Part shown: in pieces, positions 1 through 14,051 of the stretch
Position numbering within the stretch: position 1 is the stretch's first letter
Layout: each line of letters opens with the position of its first letter
Assembly: GCA_023213395.1 (NCBI GenBank)
Contig: CM041465.1
Coordinates: 160,525,741 to 160,589,740 of the forward strand
Direction: 5' to 3'
Origin: Cycas panzhihuaensis
Taxonomy: Eukaryota; Plantae; Cycadophyta
Length of the DNA: 64,000 bases
The notes under the pieces: generated by a model
Told to the model about the DNA's origin: nothing
Seen by the model: only the letters and a program-made list of their open reading frames with translations
Databases searched by the model: none
Position numbers and translations under genes: made by a program

Positions 1-1135
1 CAAAATAATAGATTTAGGATTAATGCATTACTTCTTAGGTTTGGAAGTATGGCAGGACAAAAATAACATCTTCATCTCTCAAAGAAAATATACCTTGGGC
101 TTACTACAAAAGTTTAGGATATCCGACTACAAATCTTTACTAACTCCAACTGAAATAGGGATCAAGTTATCTAAACTAGATGATTCTACACATGTTGATC
201 TCACACTTTACAGACAATTAATTGGAAGTTTGATTTACTTAACTTATACTTAACCAGACATCATGCATTCAGTCAGCGTAGTTTCTAGATTCATGTAAGA
301 TCCCAAGACTACTCATTGATAAGAAGCCAAAAGGATTCTATGATATCTTAAAGGTACTATAGAATATGGTTTATATTATAAATCTTCATCAAATTTTAGA
401 TTGATAGGATATATAGATTTAAATTTGGTAAGTGACATCGATGACAGACAATCTACTTTAGGTTGCACTTTTAGTATGGGTTCAACAACCATAGCTTGGA
501 GTACTAAATAACAAAATACAATCTCTTTATCCACATCTGAAGTAGAATATAAAGGAATAGTCTTTGGCACATGCAAAACTATACAATTAAGATGACTTCT
601 ATAAGATTTTTTGATAGAGTCAAAAGGACCAACTAAAATCTAGTGTGATAATCAAAGCACAATTTAGATGACAAGGAATCCTATATTTCATGGTAGAATA
701 AAGCATATAGAAACTTAGCATCACTTCATTAGAGAATTAGTTCAAGCAGGTGAGATTGAATTGGCATATTACAATATAGAAGACCAAATAGTAAACATAT
801 TTACAAAGGTATTAGGAAAGATCAAATTTCACAAATTCAGGGACAAACTTGGAGTTCTACACAATGGCCATTATGGGGGAGAATGTTGGGATAATGCCCA
901 ATGTTCGAATAATATGCAACCATTCTTAGCCCCCCCAAAAGGCACCTCAGACTGCCTATAGCTGCTATGTAGCCATATAGAGTTGACATGCAACCACCAG
1001 AGCTGACTAAGATAAGTTATTTTAATAATTCATTTTATTATTTTTTGAATTTTTGGTTTAATGTCGAGTAGAGGTGCTTGTCACCTCTCCAAACCTATAT
1101 ATTGATGGGGAATGCCTCCCTGGTATTTTTTAACA
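1..1135 (+). mobile_element. 3' part of a Ty1/Copia LTR retrotransposon (end of RT, RNase H, PPT, 3' LTR)
   Basis: Copia RT motifs YFLGLEV, SQRKY and YRQLIGSLIYL. RNase H motifs LSTSEVEY, CDNQS and KHIE..HFIRE with stops. PPT GGGGGAGAA at 875-883, followed by TGTT at 884. Confidence 0.92.
884..1135 (+). repeat. Copia 3' LTR (~252 bp)
   Basis: Starts TGTT directly after the PPT and ends AACA at 1135 (terminal inverted repeat). LINE coding sequence begins shortly afterwards. Confidence 0.7.
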
Positions 1136-3400
1136 CTGCCTTTAAATCAGATGATGGTTAATTTATTTTGAGATGGCCTTGTAATCTTACTGCTCTGTCC
1201 TTAGCTCTAGCACTTGATTCTAAAAAGTGGCTTTCCATCCACCATCTACTAGTGGAGACCCATGAGTCTCTATAACACCTCATATAAGATAATAACTAAT
1301 GTTTTAGCTAATCAGCTTAAAGAGTTCCTCTTAAAAGTCGTTAATGAAAATTAAACAATGTTTATAAGAGGTTGACACATAGAAGATAGCATTATTATCA
1401 TTGATGAAGCTTTCCATGCCATATGTACAAAAAAGAAATAAGCAACTTTACTCAAATTGGACATCAACAAAACATATGATACATGGAATGAGACTTCCTT
1501 TTTTCCATTCATTCCCAAAAGGGTTTATAACTAGAATATATCAACTGGATCAAAGCCATGATTTCTTCAGTTTCAATGGCCATTAAAATCAATGGGTTAA
1601 TCAATAGCCTTATCTATATAAGTAGAGGAATACACCAGGGTTGCCCCCTATCTCCTTATCTCTTCATGATCACTATGGAAGGCCTCTCTTCCCTGCTAGT
1701 ATGGCTTTAATTAGTAGGTCTTCTCCAAGGGATTTCTATTGATGGAATAGAGAACAAAAAACATCAAATATTCGTAGATGATACCATTATGTTGGCTCAT
1801 CCTTCATAAGTAGAAATCAATATTTGGAGCCAAGTGCTTAGTGTTTTTTGCCTTTCCACTAGGATGAAAATCAATCACAGTAAATCCAACATCATTCTCA
1901 GTGAAGTGGATATAGAGGGTTAATCCACTTTGTCAACTATTCTTGCAGTCCCATCCCATTCACTCCTAGATCCATGATCTCAAATATTTAGGCATCCTTA
2001 TAGGCCTTTTTAGATTAAATTTTTTTTATTGACACTCTTACATCTTAATAATCAAGAAGAAGTTAGATGCTTAGCTAACCAAATCTCTAAACTTAGTAGG
2101 CCAATAGAGTTTAATAGAATTGACCCTATCCTAAATACCAAATTATTTAATGTCCATCATTCAAGCCCCCAAAGTAGTGTTATCTGCAATCTAGAGTTTG
2201 TTTATAAGATTTCTCTAGAAACCATGGTCAGTTGAAAAGAAGACCTTTTACTCTGTGAAATGGAGCATGGTTTTGAATCACAAGGGTCAAGGTGGCCTCA
2301 ATCTCAAAGACACTTTTATCATATCAAAGGTGAGAGAAGCTAAGTAGTTGTGTGACCTCTGAAATAGATAGAATGATAAATGGGCCTGCATTATTAGAAG
2401 AAAGTACTATTTTACATTTTCTATAAAATAACAACTAGCTACTCCAAACTACCTTAATAAAGGCTCTGTTATCTAGAATCAAATGGTAGTAGCCTGGGAC
2501 AATCTCCACTATAATACTATTTGTTCTCTATGGTCGATAGGCCTTCAAATTAACTTTTGGACTAAGTAATTACCTTTAGGGCTTTCCGTGCTAGTTAGAC
2601 AAGAGGAGTCTGTACCCTTAGCTCAGTTCTTTAGCTCTTACAATTGGCATACTATGGCTTAGTTCTATGATTTTGGTTAGCTTCATTAAAATGATTTTAT
2701 CAAACTCTTAATGGAGCTTAACTCTCAACTTGAACCTCTACTCCTATAATTGGTTGATAAACTCAACCTTTTTACGTAGAAAGTGGGCCTTTTTACTCCC
2801 TTTAAGGAATTAGAGAAGGAGGAAGGGCTTAGGTTCCTTTCCAAGGGTCAAAATTTTGAGTCCACAGAATTTTATTACCTATTACATAGTCAATAATATT
2901 AACATGTCCAATCTCAAGCTAAATAGGGTTAGATATAGTAGAAACAAGCATAACCTAAATACAATGTACTTCACTAGAGGATTCTATATAAGGCTTTTAT
3001 TTTCTAAGACATGTGGGACCTGTTGCCAATCTTACTACCTAGTATGTAGTGCTCATACTAATAGCTTCGATCACATTTGATGGTAATGTCCTCCAATCTA
3101 ATTCATGTGGTATACTACCTTTCATATTTTTAGTCTGGATCAAGGCTTCACTAAAAGTTGTAATGGTCACTTGCCCCTTCATTCCTGGTTAATTAAAGGA
3201 AGCTGCACAATGATATATGGTTGGTTGATGACTCACCAACACTTGATATACCTCTAGCTTCTTCTCTTTAAGACCATCCTACATGAAATTTGGAAAATTT
3301 ATACCATAGTTTACTTTTAAAAAGTAGTCTCATTCTTTAATCAAGCTTTTGGGTATATAAGGAAGGGAATTCTAATATGGTTAGTCTCATAATATTTTCT
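1136..3400 (+). pseudogene. Degenerate L1-clade LINE ORF2 (reverse transcriptase plus C-terminal zinc-binding region); end approximate
   Basis: Manual translation gives WRPMSLYNTSYKIITNVLAN (~1253), KLDINKTYD (~1455), RGIHQGCPLSPYLF (~1625), FVDD (~1770), KINHSKS, KYLG and a C..C...DHI.W.C motif (~3015-3090). Many stops and frameshifts. Confidence 0.88.
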
Positions 3401-4083
3401 TTGATTCTCTCTATAAGAAACTTAAGAAAAATCTTCATTTTGATATAACTATTTTAAGCGCACTGCATGTAAAAGATTGGGCAAGTACATCCATTTCCTA
3501 ACTACTAGGAATAGATTAGGAGATTTGTGACACAGGTAGGTGCATGTACATGCCTTCATCCTACATCCCTTTATATCCCTTATATTTATTGCTTCGTATG
3601 ATGTTTCTGCAACTATTAGATTCATGATTATTTGGTTTGCTTGGCTTGCTTGTGTCTACTTTTATGTCAATGGCAACCAAGACTCTGGTCCAATGACTTT
3701 AGAGCTCCCGTTATAGTCTCTCGGTCAGCAAGATGACTTTTCAATGTTCTTGCAATTTTATTTTCGTGTGGTCTTGACTCATTATTACTCATTTATTTCA
3801 TTCTCTTATCCTTATTACATGTGATCAGTCACTTAGAGGCATCAAGGCTAGTCTGCAGGAGTTTGGGGTGGGAGTTTAAAGCTTTTTGGTCAGTTTTTAC
3901 CAATTTTCATGCCCTACTATCACCCCACTTTGGTTGTTGTTGGCCTTGCAAAGTATCTCATGGTAATGTAGAGATCTTCATGGTACTGCAAAGAACTTTA
4001 TAGTGTAACTACTACGATAGTCCTCGTGATCAACTACATTCAAATCTTGTAATTAATGCATCCCTATGATGGCGGGTGCCTTG

Positions 4084-6335
4084 TGGCTAGCCTAGATCAA
4101 GGTGCAATGATCAAAAGTAGAATCCCAAGTAATCAAAAGGTAATTTTGATTTGAATTGAAAGATCTTTTGGGTTATTCTTGATAGGAAACAAATTAAAAA
4201 ACTCATATTTTGAAGAAAAGAGACAACAAAATTTAGATTTTAGAATAGGAACTTCAAAATCTTCTTTTAGGATCATCTAAAACTCACTCTTCTCTATAAG
4301 ATTCAAAGGGCTTCTCCAAGGTCACTCTTCCAAGGGTTACTAGTGACATTTTCCCACTAATTCAACTACAAACAACATGCTTTCTTGAATGAAGCGCAGA
4401 AGATCCATGTATATTTTTATTTCTTAATGAGAACCTCTTTGATTAGCTTTGACTTCAGTTATTTAATTCATTCTTACTTTGTTTCTTAAGCTTGGAGTTA
4501 GTGATTCATAGCTTTCATCAATTTCATTCCTTTGAACATTATAACGACCATCTTATATGAACTAGAAACTCCCCACAACTACCATCATAGCATTGGAGGA
4601 GGAGGTGAGTAACACACCAACTGCTCTAGGGAGCCTTGAGAAGGGTTATAGGTGCAAGTATCAACTTTTTCACCCCCTTACTCATTGGACAATCCCCTCC
4701 CAAGCCACACAGTGTTAAATCTTAAGGTGCATGCACCCTCCACTTTGATGTTTGGCGATGCACCCATATGGTTTTAGAACCCATCTTACCTTTTCACCAT
4801 ACCTTTCTCTTGGCTTGATATTTGGGTTGTAGGATTAGGAATCTCTTCTTGACTCCATTAGGGAGACCACCCTTATTAAGAGGCAAACATCATCTTGAGG
4901 CACTCCCCTTATCCCCTTCCTTCATTCTTCACACTCTTCATATACTTGGATTTTCTTGTAAAAAGGGCTAATATTTGCTTATGATGTTTATTTCCTTTAC
5001 TAGGCTCAATATAATTTGTAAAATATACATGTTTATATATATTGCAAATATCTCCTTTAGGTAATGTTTTGATTTGTGCATGTAGGGTGGAGAGCATACC
5101 TCTCTAACATAGCCAACAAGGCACAAAGAGGATCTCATCTCCCAAGGTAAGCACCAATTTGTATCTTAGCATTTTGTTTCCTTACATGTACATTATTTTC
5201 TTATTTCCTTTTTTGTTTATATACTATTCTAGTTAGACTCAAGGCGGGAAGTAGAGCTCTATTGTCTCCTACCTTTCTTATGGTAAAGAAGCTCTCAACT
5301 CTAGCAAAGGAAGATTAAGGAGCAAGGTTGGAATCATTTTCAAATTCTATGAATTGAGTACGTTCCTCTTAAATTCTTTCTTTCTCATAATCATCTTGTT
5401 CTTTTATTATAGTACTTACCCCCAAATCCCCTATTAAGGCAAACTTGCTTCCTTTTCTTTCGAGCTTGTTTTATTAATTGCATGCATGTATACATATAAA
5501 GTAAAGGTTAAAAATTAGAAGATCATATCTCCTTGCATGGATAAGAAAGGAAGTTATTTAAAAGAAAAAAATTTCTTCTCTCTGAGTTGTTTTGTTTTAT
5601 GTAAAGGGGAGGCATATTAGGGAAATATTGCATTGCACTTGCATATAAAAAGGAAAAAATATTGCTTCTTTCTTCTATCTTACATCACTCCCAATTGAAT
5701 AATTATCTTTTCATTATAGGCACATAACTCAAGTAGTCCCATTTAAGGCCAAAATATAAAGGGTGTGAATTGAGAGCGAGGTTTTGCATTTATTGCATAT
5801 TATTTATTATATTTACTAGTTGCTTTTTCTTTATCATAATGTGTATACAAACTCAAAACGTTACCTTTGAACGAAACACTATGCCCAAGTAAAAAAACAT
5901 TATATTATTACATAACCTAGAAGAAACCCATTAGACAAATAAGAAACTTATCAAGCCTCTTCTTTAACCCTTGTTTCCTACTTGGAATCATCCTCTATCC
6001 CATGAAGGAAACCTATCCTTTCTTTTAAAATGAGGAAAGGAGAAATCTGCTTAAGCAACTCATTAATCCAAGAAAACCAAGCCCCATACAACTTAAACAT
6101 ATCACTCACTAACCTAAAACTAAAGACCTTATAGATTAGAAAGGGAATGCACATCGTGTAGCTCCCTGAACCTGTGCTCATAAGGCACACAATTGTCCTT
6201 TGAGGGTGAGCTAAGACCATATCATACCTCTAGGCTTCCACACATTAAGCCTACCCATAGTTGATATGTAGTAGCTTTTAGTGACCCCCTAAAGGCATGC
6301 TTCTAACATCCACTTGACCCTTGGTCTATTCAACA
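4084..6335. repeat. Possible large solo LTR (boundaries uncertain)
   Basis: Non-coding block ending TCAACA at 6335. Candidate imperfect TSD CCTTG (4079-4083) / CTTTG (6336-6340). No second copy in the window. Confidence 0.25.
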
Positions 6336-6396
6336 CTTTGTATTATCTTGAATTTATAATTTATTGATATTTATTTTTTACCTTAAAAAAAAGAAA

Positions 6397-8321
6397 ACTC
6401 CTTCTTTTTATTATAGCCATTAATACTATATCACATTGAGAAAACATTATATAGAAAGACATAGATGTCAAATATTACAAGGCTTAAACAAAATAATGCA
6501 TAGTAGTTGAAGGTTAAATTAAATAATTATATGTTATAATAATATTATACAAATTATACCATACCTAAAACATAATTTAAAGTGATGTTATATCTTTTTA
6601 AAAGTACATGCTTAAGAATGTTAGATGATGCCTATCCTATATGCTATCTATTATCACATTTGTAATTTAGTTGTTTGTTTTATATGTGTGTGTATTAGCC
6701 CATTTAGGTAACAAAAAAAAATCATAAATATTTCACTATAGTTCACTAGTTGATGTTAATTAACTTATTTATGAGAGCGTAATTAGGTTTAAAACTATAT
6801 AGAGTACTCTATAATAGTAGGAGAGAATAAATATCACCTACATGTCATAAAAATATGATGTACAATTATGATAATATTTCCACCAAAACATATATTCAAG
6901 TGTAACAACAAAGACATGTTATCATAAGAAAATCCATCAACCATAATCTGATCAATGTAGAAACGTACAATAACTCTTACAGGTTTCTTCCTAATTCCAA
7001 TAGGAGATAACAATATCAACACTTGAGTATTATACAATATCAAAAATTGGAAGCAATACAATACCAATAACAACTCTAAATTACTTTAAAAAGAAGAAAT
7101 AGTGAATCAATAACAAACAAAGTAATGCAGAAAGAAAAAAAATAATTGAAAATATGGTAGCTTTACAATACGATAAAATAATATCTAATAATACAATTTA
7201 TACAACAGTACACACTAGTGATGAATATAACTACACATATGAATGTTGCTTAATGTTGAATAAAATTTCTATTTTATAGATATTTTTACATAATATTAGA
7301 GTGCACTTATGGGTTTTGATTTCTTTGTTTATGTTTTTCAAAAAATGAAATGACAACAAAAGTTTAAAACTATAACTATGTGAGTGTGATTGTAATGTCT
7401 AACTCCTCTTTATTATAGCTAGTAAGTGTTATATCACATTCATAAAACATTATATATAAAGAGGTTGATGTCAAATATCACAAGACTTAAACAACAAAGT
7501 TCATAGTAGTTGAAGGCTAAATTATAGATACTAAATAATTGTATATTACACTAATATTATATAAATTATACCATACCTAAAACATAATTCAAAGTGATAT
7601 CATATCTTATAAAAGTGCATGCTTAAGGTCAAATGTTAGATGATCCCTATCCTATATGTAATCTATCATCACATTCATAATTTAATTACTTGTTTTATAT
7701 GTGTATATGTTTGTGTATTAATTACTTTGGGTAACCAAAATAATTCATAAGTATTTCAATATAGTTCACTAATTAAGGTTTATTAAATTATTTATGAGAG
7801 TGTAATTAGTTTCAAAACTGCATAGAGTGCTTTGATTTGTAATAGGAGAGAGCAAATATCACCTGTATATAATAAAAATATAATGCATAATCATGATAAT
7901 ATTTTTACCAAAGCATGCATTCAAAAGTATCATCAAAGACATATCACCATAAGAAGATCTATTAACCATAACCACATCATCTTGAAAGACATGTATATAG
8001 AAAAATATAACTCATAGAGCTTTTTCACTAATTATAATAGGAGATAACAACATAACTACTTGAGTATTATAAAATATGAAAAAATTAAAAGTAATGCAAT
8101 ACCAATAACAATTTCAAATTATATTTGAAAAAAAATGGCAGTTAATTGATATTAAATAGAGCAATGCACACGGGAATAAACTAATTAAAAATATGATAAC
8201 AATTCCAAATTACATTGAAAAGAAGCAATAGTGAAAAATAGAGCAACACATAAAGGAATAAATCAATGACAAATATGTTAACTTTATAATACATTGAAAT
8301 AGTATCTAATAATACAACTTA
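6397..8321 (+). repeat. Diverged tandem duplication: units ~6397-7200 and ~7401-8321
   Basis: Collinear matches: AACTCC..TTTATTATAGC at both starts, AAATTATACCATACCTAAAACATAATT at 6552 and 7563, and TATCTAATAATACAA at both ends. Confidence 0.9.
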
Positions 8322-8329
8322 TCTTCATT

Positions 8330-10515
8330 ACAAGGCATTCATAAAATAACATAAATTATAAGCTTTCTAATATTTGTATTTAATACTACAAATCTAAACT
8401 AGTATAACCTTCTTATACGATAGCCATTTGAGCATTGCGTTTTCTTAATTTAAAGGCAATAAAAAGATATATGCCATGATCCATATTTCATAACCTAATT
8501 TATTTTATTTTAAGTTCACCATTGTAAAATAATTAATATTTTCTCATTTCTAAAGGTACATTGGTCCATTTGGGGGGGAAGGTACATAACAATTCCCTCT
8601 TTCTTAATATACATTGCCCTTGAAACATAGGTACTTATGGATCTTACTACCTCCATTATTTGCTGTCCCATGTTGTATCCTCTACCTTTGTACCTTTCTA
8701 TTTAACGAGGTACTTGTTAATTTATTTACTTCATAGTTGCCTTAAGCAAAATAAGATTAATTATTATTCTTCATTAAGTTATGATAGTTTTAATTGAAGG
8801 GCCACCTTTTTAACTATATTCATCTTTAAGTAGGACATATAGAAAATATTACAAATTTTATTTATAGGTAAATCAAGCTAGTATACAATTTCTCCCATCA
8901 TTTTGTGAATTTAGTAAGGTTCATAGAATTTGGGCTAGAGTTTCTCCTTATCATTCTTCTTTATTAAAGATTATTTATATGGTTGAAGTCTTAGATATAG
9001 TTAATATTATTAATCAAATTATTCTTAAGATCCATTAAGATATACTTATTGCTTCATTCTATTTTGTATAATGTTGAGGTTGTCCCTTAAGATGCATAAT
9101 ATTATATTCATCTATTTAGGTTGGTTCTTCATGGTTAGGACCTTAGTGTGGGTAACAACTTTATTTATAAGTCATAGAATTTTATACCTATAGAAATCTT
9201 GAAATGGTGATATTTTTGCTACTATATAACAAGTTTTGTTGTACCACCATTCTATAATATATAACTGTTTATGTTACATTTTTGTAACTGAGAAAAATAT
9301 TGACTTTAAATAGAATTAAAAAGGATTAAAACAAGGTTGTATTCATGCAACTGAAGGAAAATATAGGCTTTAAATACAACTAAAAAATGTTTAAAATAAT
9401 CAAAATAAGCCACTATATAAAGGCTCACTTATTAGACTTTAAAGTGATGGGTTTATTTTAATTTGGAATCTATTTCTTTTGGCACCTTTAGGGTCAAAGA
9501 TGATTTTGCTATAATTCAAGAATTTCACTTCTATTATAGCTTTGGATTCATCTTAATTTGTGATAATGGTTTTCTTTATTTTCAGTAAAGCACTTTAGGA
9601 ATCCCTTAATGCCTTTATCTATCCATCTACTTATGTGTGGTAGGATGTTCTCATTCTTAACTTTGTGTTGATAAGTGAAAATAATTCCTTCCAAAATTTA
9701 TATATAAACTTGGAATTATGGTCACTAACTATCACTTATAGGAAATGATGTAAGTTAGAGATCTCCTTGATAAAGAGTTTTCCATTTTCTTAGCCATGAA
9801 ATTTGTTTGTATCCTTTGAAAGTAGGAATACTTTGTTAATCTATCCATAATGACAAAAATAACATTCTTACCCTATGAGTTTTATAACCTAATAATAGAA
9901 TCCATAGAAATTTCTTACCATAGTTGTTTTAGAACATGGAATACTTAAAGTAACCTAAGTGATTTTACATTCCTTCTTTTCTACTAGTAGTATATTTTAT
10001 ACTTTAATATAAATTTATTGATGTCCATTTCTATATATTTTAAAAAATGATTGTTAGATGTCCTTTTATATTTTATTCATCCCTATATGACTTATGATTG
10101 GGGAAACATGGAATTCTTCTAATATAATATTTATCAACTTTGAATTTAGAATCAAGTATATTCTCCCTTTATACCATAGTATTATTTTTTGACAACCCCA
10201 CTTTATGTCATGTTGCTACATCTATGTTTGTCATTATTAAATGACTTTCTATATATCCTTATATTAGGACCATTATTTCTAAACTTACTTTATTTATTCT
10301 AGTGTAATAATGGTGGTTGCCTAAAGGGATGGTCCCTTGTCTACCCTTGAGAATATATCTACTACCATATTTTCTTTTTCTTTCTTATATATTATTTTAA
10401 AATCAAAGGCTTGAATGTTTATTACCCAATTATATTATCCATTAGACAATGTGGATTTCTTGAGAAGACATTTAATACTATTGTAATCTATCTTGAGCTA
10501 AAATTTGTTGTTAAT
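8330..10515 (-). mobile_element. 5'-truncated Ty3/Gypsy chromovirus remnant (end of RNase H, integrase, chromodomain, PPT, LTR); left end approximate
   Basis: Minus-strand motifs IQAFDFKIIYK (~10400), W*EISMD (~9910), EWWYN (~9250), NIFYMSYL (~8840) and KYLVK*KG..EDTTW (~8670-8715). PPT at 8593-8603, then TGTTA starting at 8591. Confidence 0.8.
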
Positions 10516-10835
10516 GCTTTATGTAAATGCACTAAGAATTTAACAAAACATAATAGAGTCACATGATATAATAAAAGTTCACAGAACACAATGAAGAGTC
10601 ATAATCATTAATGTGATGTATCATTTTGAGATATAAATATATAACTTTATTTAGTTAGAAATCAATTAATCAAAACCATTCCAACCAATAAATCAAATCT
10701 AACAAGATCTAGTGAAAATCAGTTGAAATATTATATTGTGTTTTAAGGTTGAGTGACCTTAATAGGTCATAAGATTTATATGTATTAAAAGGTATTTAAA
10801 TTGAAAGTGTTGGTGGATTTTCTTGAATAGGTTTT

Positions 10836-11225
10836 TGCTATGAAGCTAAGGGATTAACAATCTATATATTTTATTATGAAGTTAAGGGATGCACCCCCTT
10901 TGAACTAACCTATTTATTGGAAGTGGTACAAAGTCGAGGGATATGATCCCTCTTTGAATTGACATATCCATTGGAAATGGTCATTCATGAAATATTAAAA
11001 GCATATAAGTTCAATTAAAGAGATCATCATAGTAGAATATTTCGTAGAGATATGGCATTTGGAGGTAACTATAGGTAGTGTTGAATTTCAAGAGAACCCC
11101 TTGCCTCGAAAAGGACCAACTTCTAAACCTTTTGATTATTTTTCTATACTACTATTATTATTATTTAATATCATTTTCTAACTATTTGTGTAGATATGCT
11201 ATAAAACCTTGTTGGGTTTGTCATA
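10836..11225 (+). repeat. 5' LTR
   Basis: TG start, collinear with 16085-16485, followed by PBS. Confidence 0.85.
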
Positions 11226-13062
11226 AGTGATATCAAAGCATTAGGCTTACTCAAGTGTAAGGGGTTAAAATTTTCTTTTTTTTAATCTTTTCACTAAAAT
11301 TTTATACCCCTTAGTGGTTAACTTCTGATATTTTTTCATTGGGAATTCTAAATCCAATACCTATTATTCTGTCATGATCTACACTTATTCATTGTCAAAA
11401 TGGGTGGTTATACAGTATAGTTTAGTACCAAAAAAATTGAGTATTTAATCTCTATAGTTGCTTAAGAAAAGTTTTAAGGGGTTTGTAAGATTGAGAACTC
11501 AACTTCTAACAATTAAAGCTTAGCCATCTAGTAATAATGTTTAGTGATTTTTTTTTTTTTAAATTTGGGCAAATGTTTATAATCTTTACTCTTATGTATA
11601 ATTTAATAAGTGAAATAATTAAAATAAAGGCATTTTAGAGCTTCATTCTAAGATGAATACTAAAAAATAAGAAACTTCTATTTAGGAAGCATAAAACACT
11701 TTGGTACCTCTAGGAAATATAGCTTAGAGAATTAAAGATCTCATTAAACAAGTTAAATAACTCCAACAATTGACATATATTATAATTACACTATAAAATT
11801 TAGTAAAAGCACTATACAATTCAATAGATAAATTGTCCAAAGACATGCTCAATATAGTAGAAGTGGTGGATAAGATCCTACATAAAAAACAAAGGGAAGG
11901 CATACCAAGAGAAGACCAAGAAATTAAGAGGGAACCCCCACCTATGGAACCCCCACTTATGGAACCCAGAGATACAAATGTTCTAATATTAAAAATATAA
12001 AGGTTCAATTAGAATTTTTTGATTTAAATAAAAATCAAGAGTGTGGACATGGTTAGAAAAGATGCATGCCTATTTTGATATTCATCCATGCTCTAATAGA
12101 GAAAATAATCTTGTTTGCATCCTTATATTTGAGTAACCACACATTATAATGGTTTACTTGGTGGCATGATAACTATGTGAAAACCATAAACTTCAACTAA
12201 TTTATTTTTTTCTTACAATCTACAAATAATATGAAGGTACATGGGATAAATATTTCTACTCTAAACTCCTTTGACTCTAGCAAACAAGAACTATATAATA
12301 ATAATAAAATAATTTTAAATTTTACAATGCATATTTTCTGTCACCATAAATGAGAACATATTGATATAAATATATTGTGAAGGAGTGAAACCAAATATCT
12401 ATAACAGGTTAAAAACCTTAGGGGTTATAAATCCCTAATAAGCAATATTAAGAGTTAGAAGTATTAAGGCCGAATTCAATGTAAATCAATGTTATGATAC
12501 TAATTTTAGGAATAATTTTAGACCATTGCCAAAAAATTAGTCCATATGCTCATTCTAAAAACAAGAAAGTTCATTAATTTTTACCATGGCTAAATGCCTA
12601 CAAAGGGGAACATGTTTTAAATGTAATGAAAAATATATAAAGGGTCACTAATGGTGTGGTATGGATACTAAATGTAATTATTTTTCCTATAAAATTAACA
12701 ACAAATAATTGAGAAAGCATTAGAGGAACCTATTATCTAAGATGCACAAGTCATGAAAGAATTAGTATAGAGGATGAAGATGATCACCCTAAGGTAGAAA
12801 TCTCATTATAAATAATAACAAAAGTTTTGACATCATGTAGCTATAGTTGGTGGAAAGATAATACCATGTCTGGGATTTTGTCCAAAGGTCCCTTTGATAA
12901 TGCATGATTATATATTACAATCTATTATGTTTTCCATGCTAAAAGATAGTGTTGATATAGTTCTAAGAGTTTAATAGTTACAAACCTTAGGGTTAAATAT
13001 CATTAATTATAATAAATTATTCATAAAGTTTTAGAAAAGAGGGAATAAGTACGATTAGAAAC

Positions 13063-14051
13063 AAGAATGAAATAGATAAAATAGATCGTTTATATATATA
13101 TAATAAGCACATTAGATAGCAAGTACATAATACGATAGGTTTATGTGGGAAACCTTTCAGTAAAAACCCACTACTAAAAGATTAATAGATTACATTGATA
13201 CAAAATAATGATAGATATAATAGACTCTAAATCTCTTTATATAGATCTTGAAGGTGTACATTCGTTAATAATATGTTGGCCTATATTGGCCTTAATATCT
13301 ACAATATTTTTCAAATTATTCACACCATATATTTAACATCAGTCAAGTAAACTACCACGCTAACATCACCCCTTATGTAGATGTAGGGTTTTGAAGTCTT
13401 CATGAAGGCTAGATTATCCTTTATCCTTTCTAATACATCTACCCTTAAGGATAACTTTGCTAAGTCCAAAATTAGCATGAATTTTTATGAAGTGATCTTT
13501 AGTAAGAGTTTTGATGAATATGTCTATAAGTTATTCTTCACCTAGATAAAATTCTATGTATAACTTCCTTAATCTAATATGCTCATAGATGTAGTGGTGA
13601 TGGATCTCTATATGCTTCATACGTATATGGAATTCTAGATTCTTCAAAAGTCGAGTAACACTATAGTTATCAATAAGTATAATAGGTGTACTAGAGGATA
13701 TCTCAAGATTCTCCAAAAGTCTTTGAAGCCATATTGCTTCCCTCATATCTACACTTAGTCCTTGGTATTCTACCTTTATAGAAGATAATGCAACTAAGAA
13801 TAAAATAGGTTGTTTATGTATATAACAAGCACATAAGATAACAAGCACACAATATGATAGTTTTACATGGGAAACCTTTGGGTAAAAAACCACCACTAAA
13901 TGATTAATAGATTACATTAAATGATACATACAATGGGATTTGGATCTCTTTATATAGATCCTCAGGATGTACATCCATTAATAATACATTGGTCTACATT
14001 GGCCTTAATATCCACACTATTTTCTTTATTATTCATACCATATATTTAACA
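13063..14051 (-). mobile_element. Copia RNase H fragment flanked by two ~260-bp direct repeats (~13063-13338 and ~13796-14051)
   Basis: ORF 13531-13896 contains VALSSIKVEY, EAIWLQRLL and RMKHIEIHHHYI. Both repeats begin TGTTAAATATATGGT on the minus strand and share TGGGAAACCTTT..GTAAAAA and GATTAATAGATTACATT. Confidence 0.8.
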
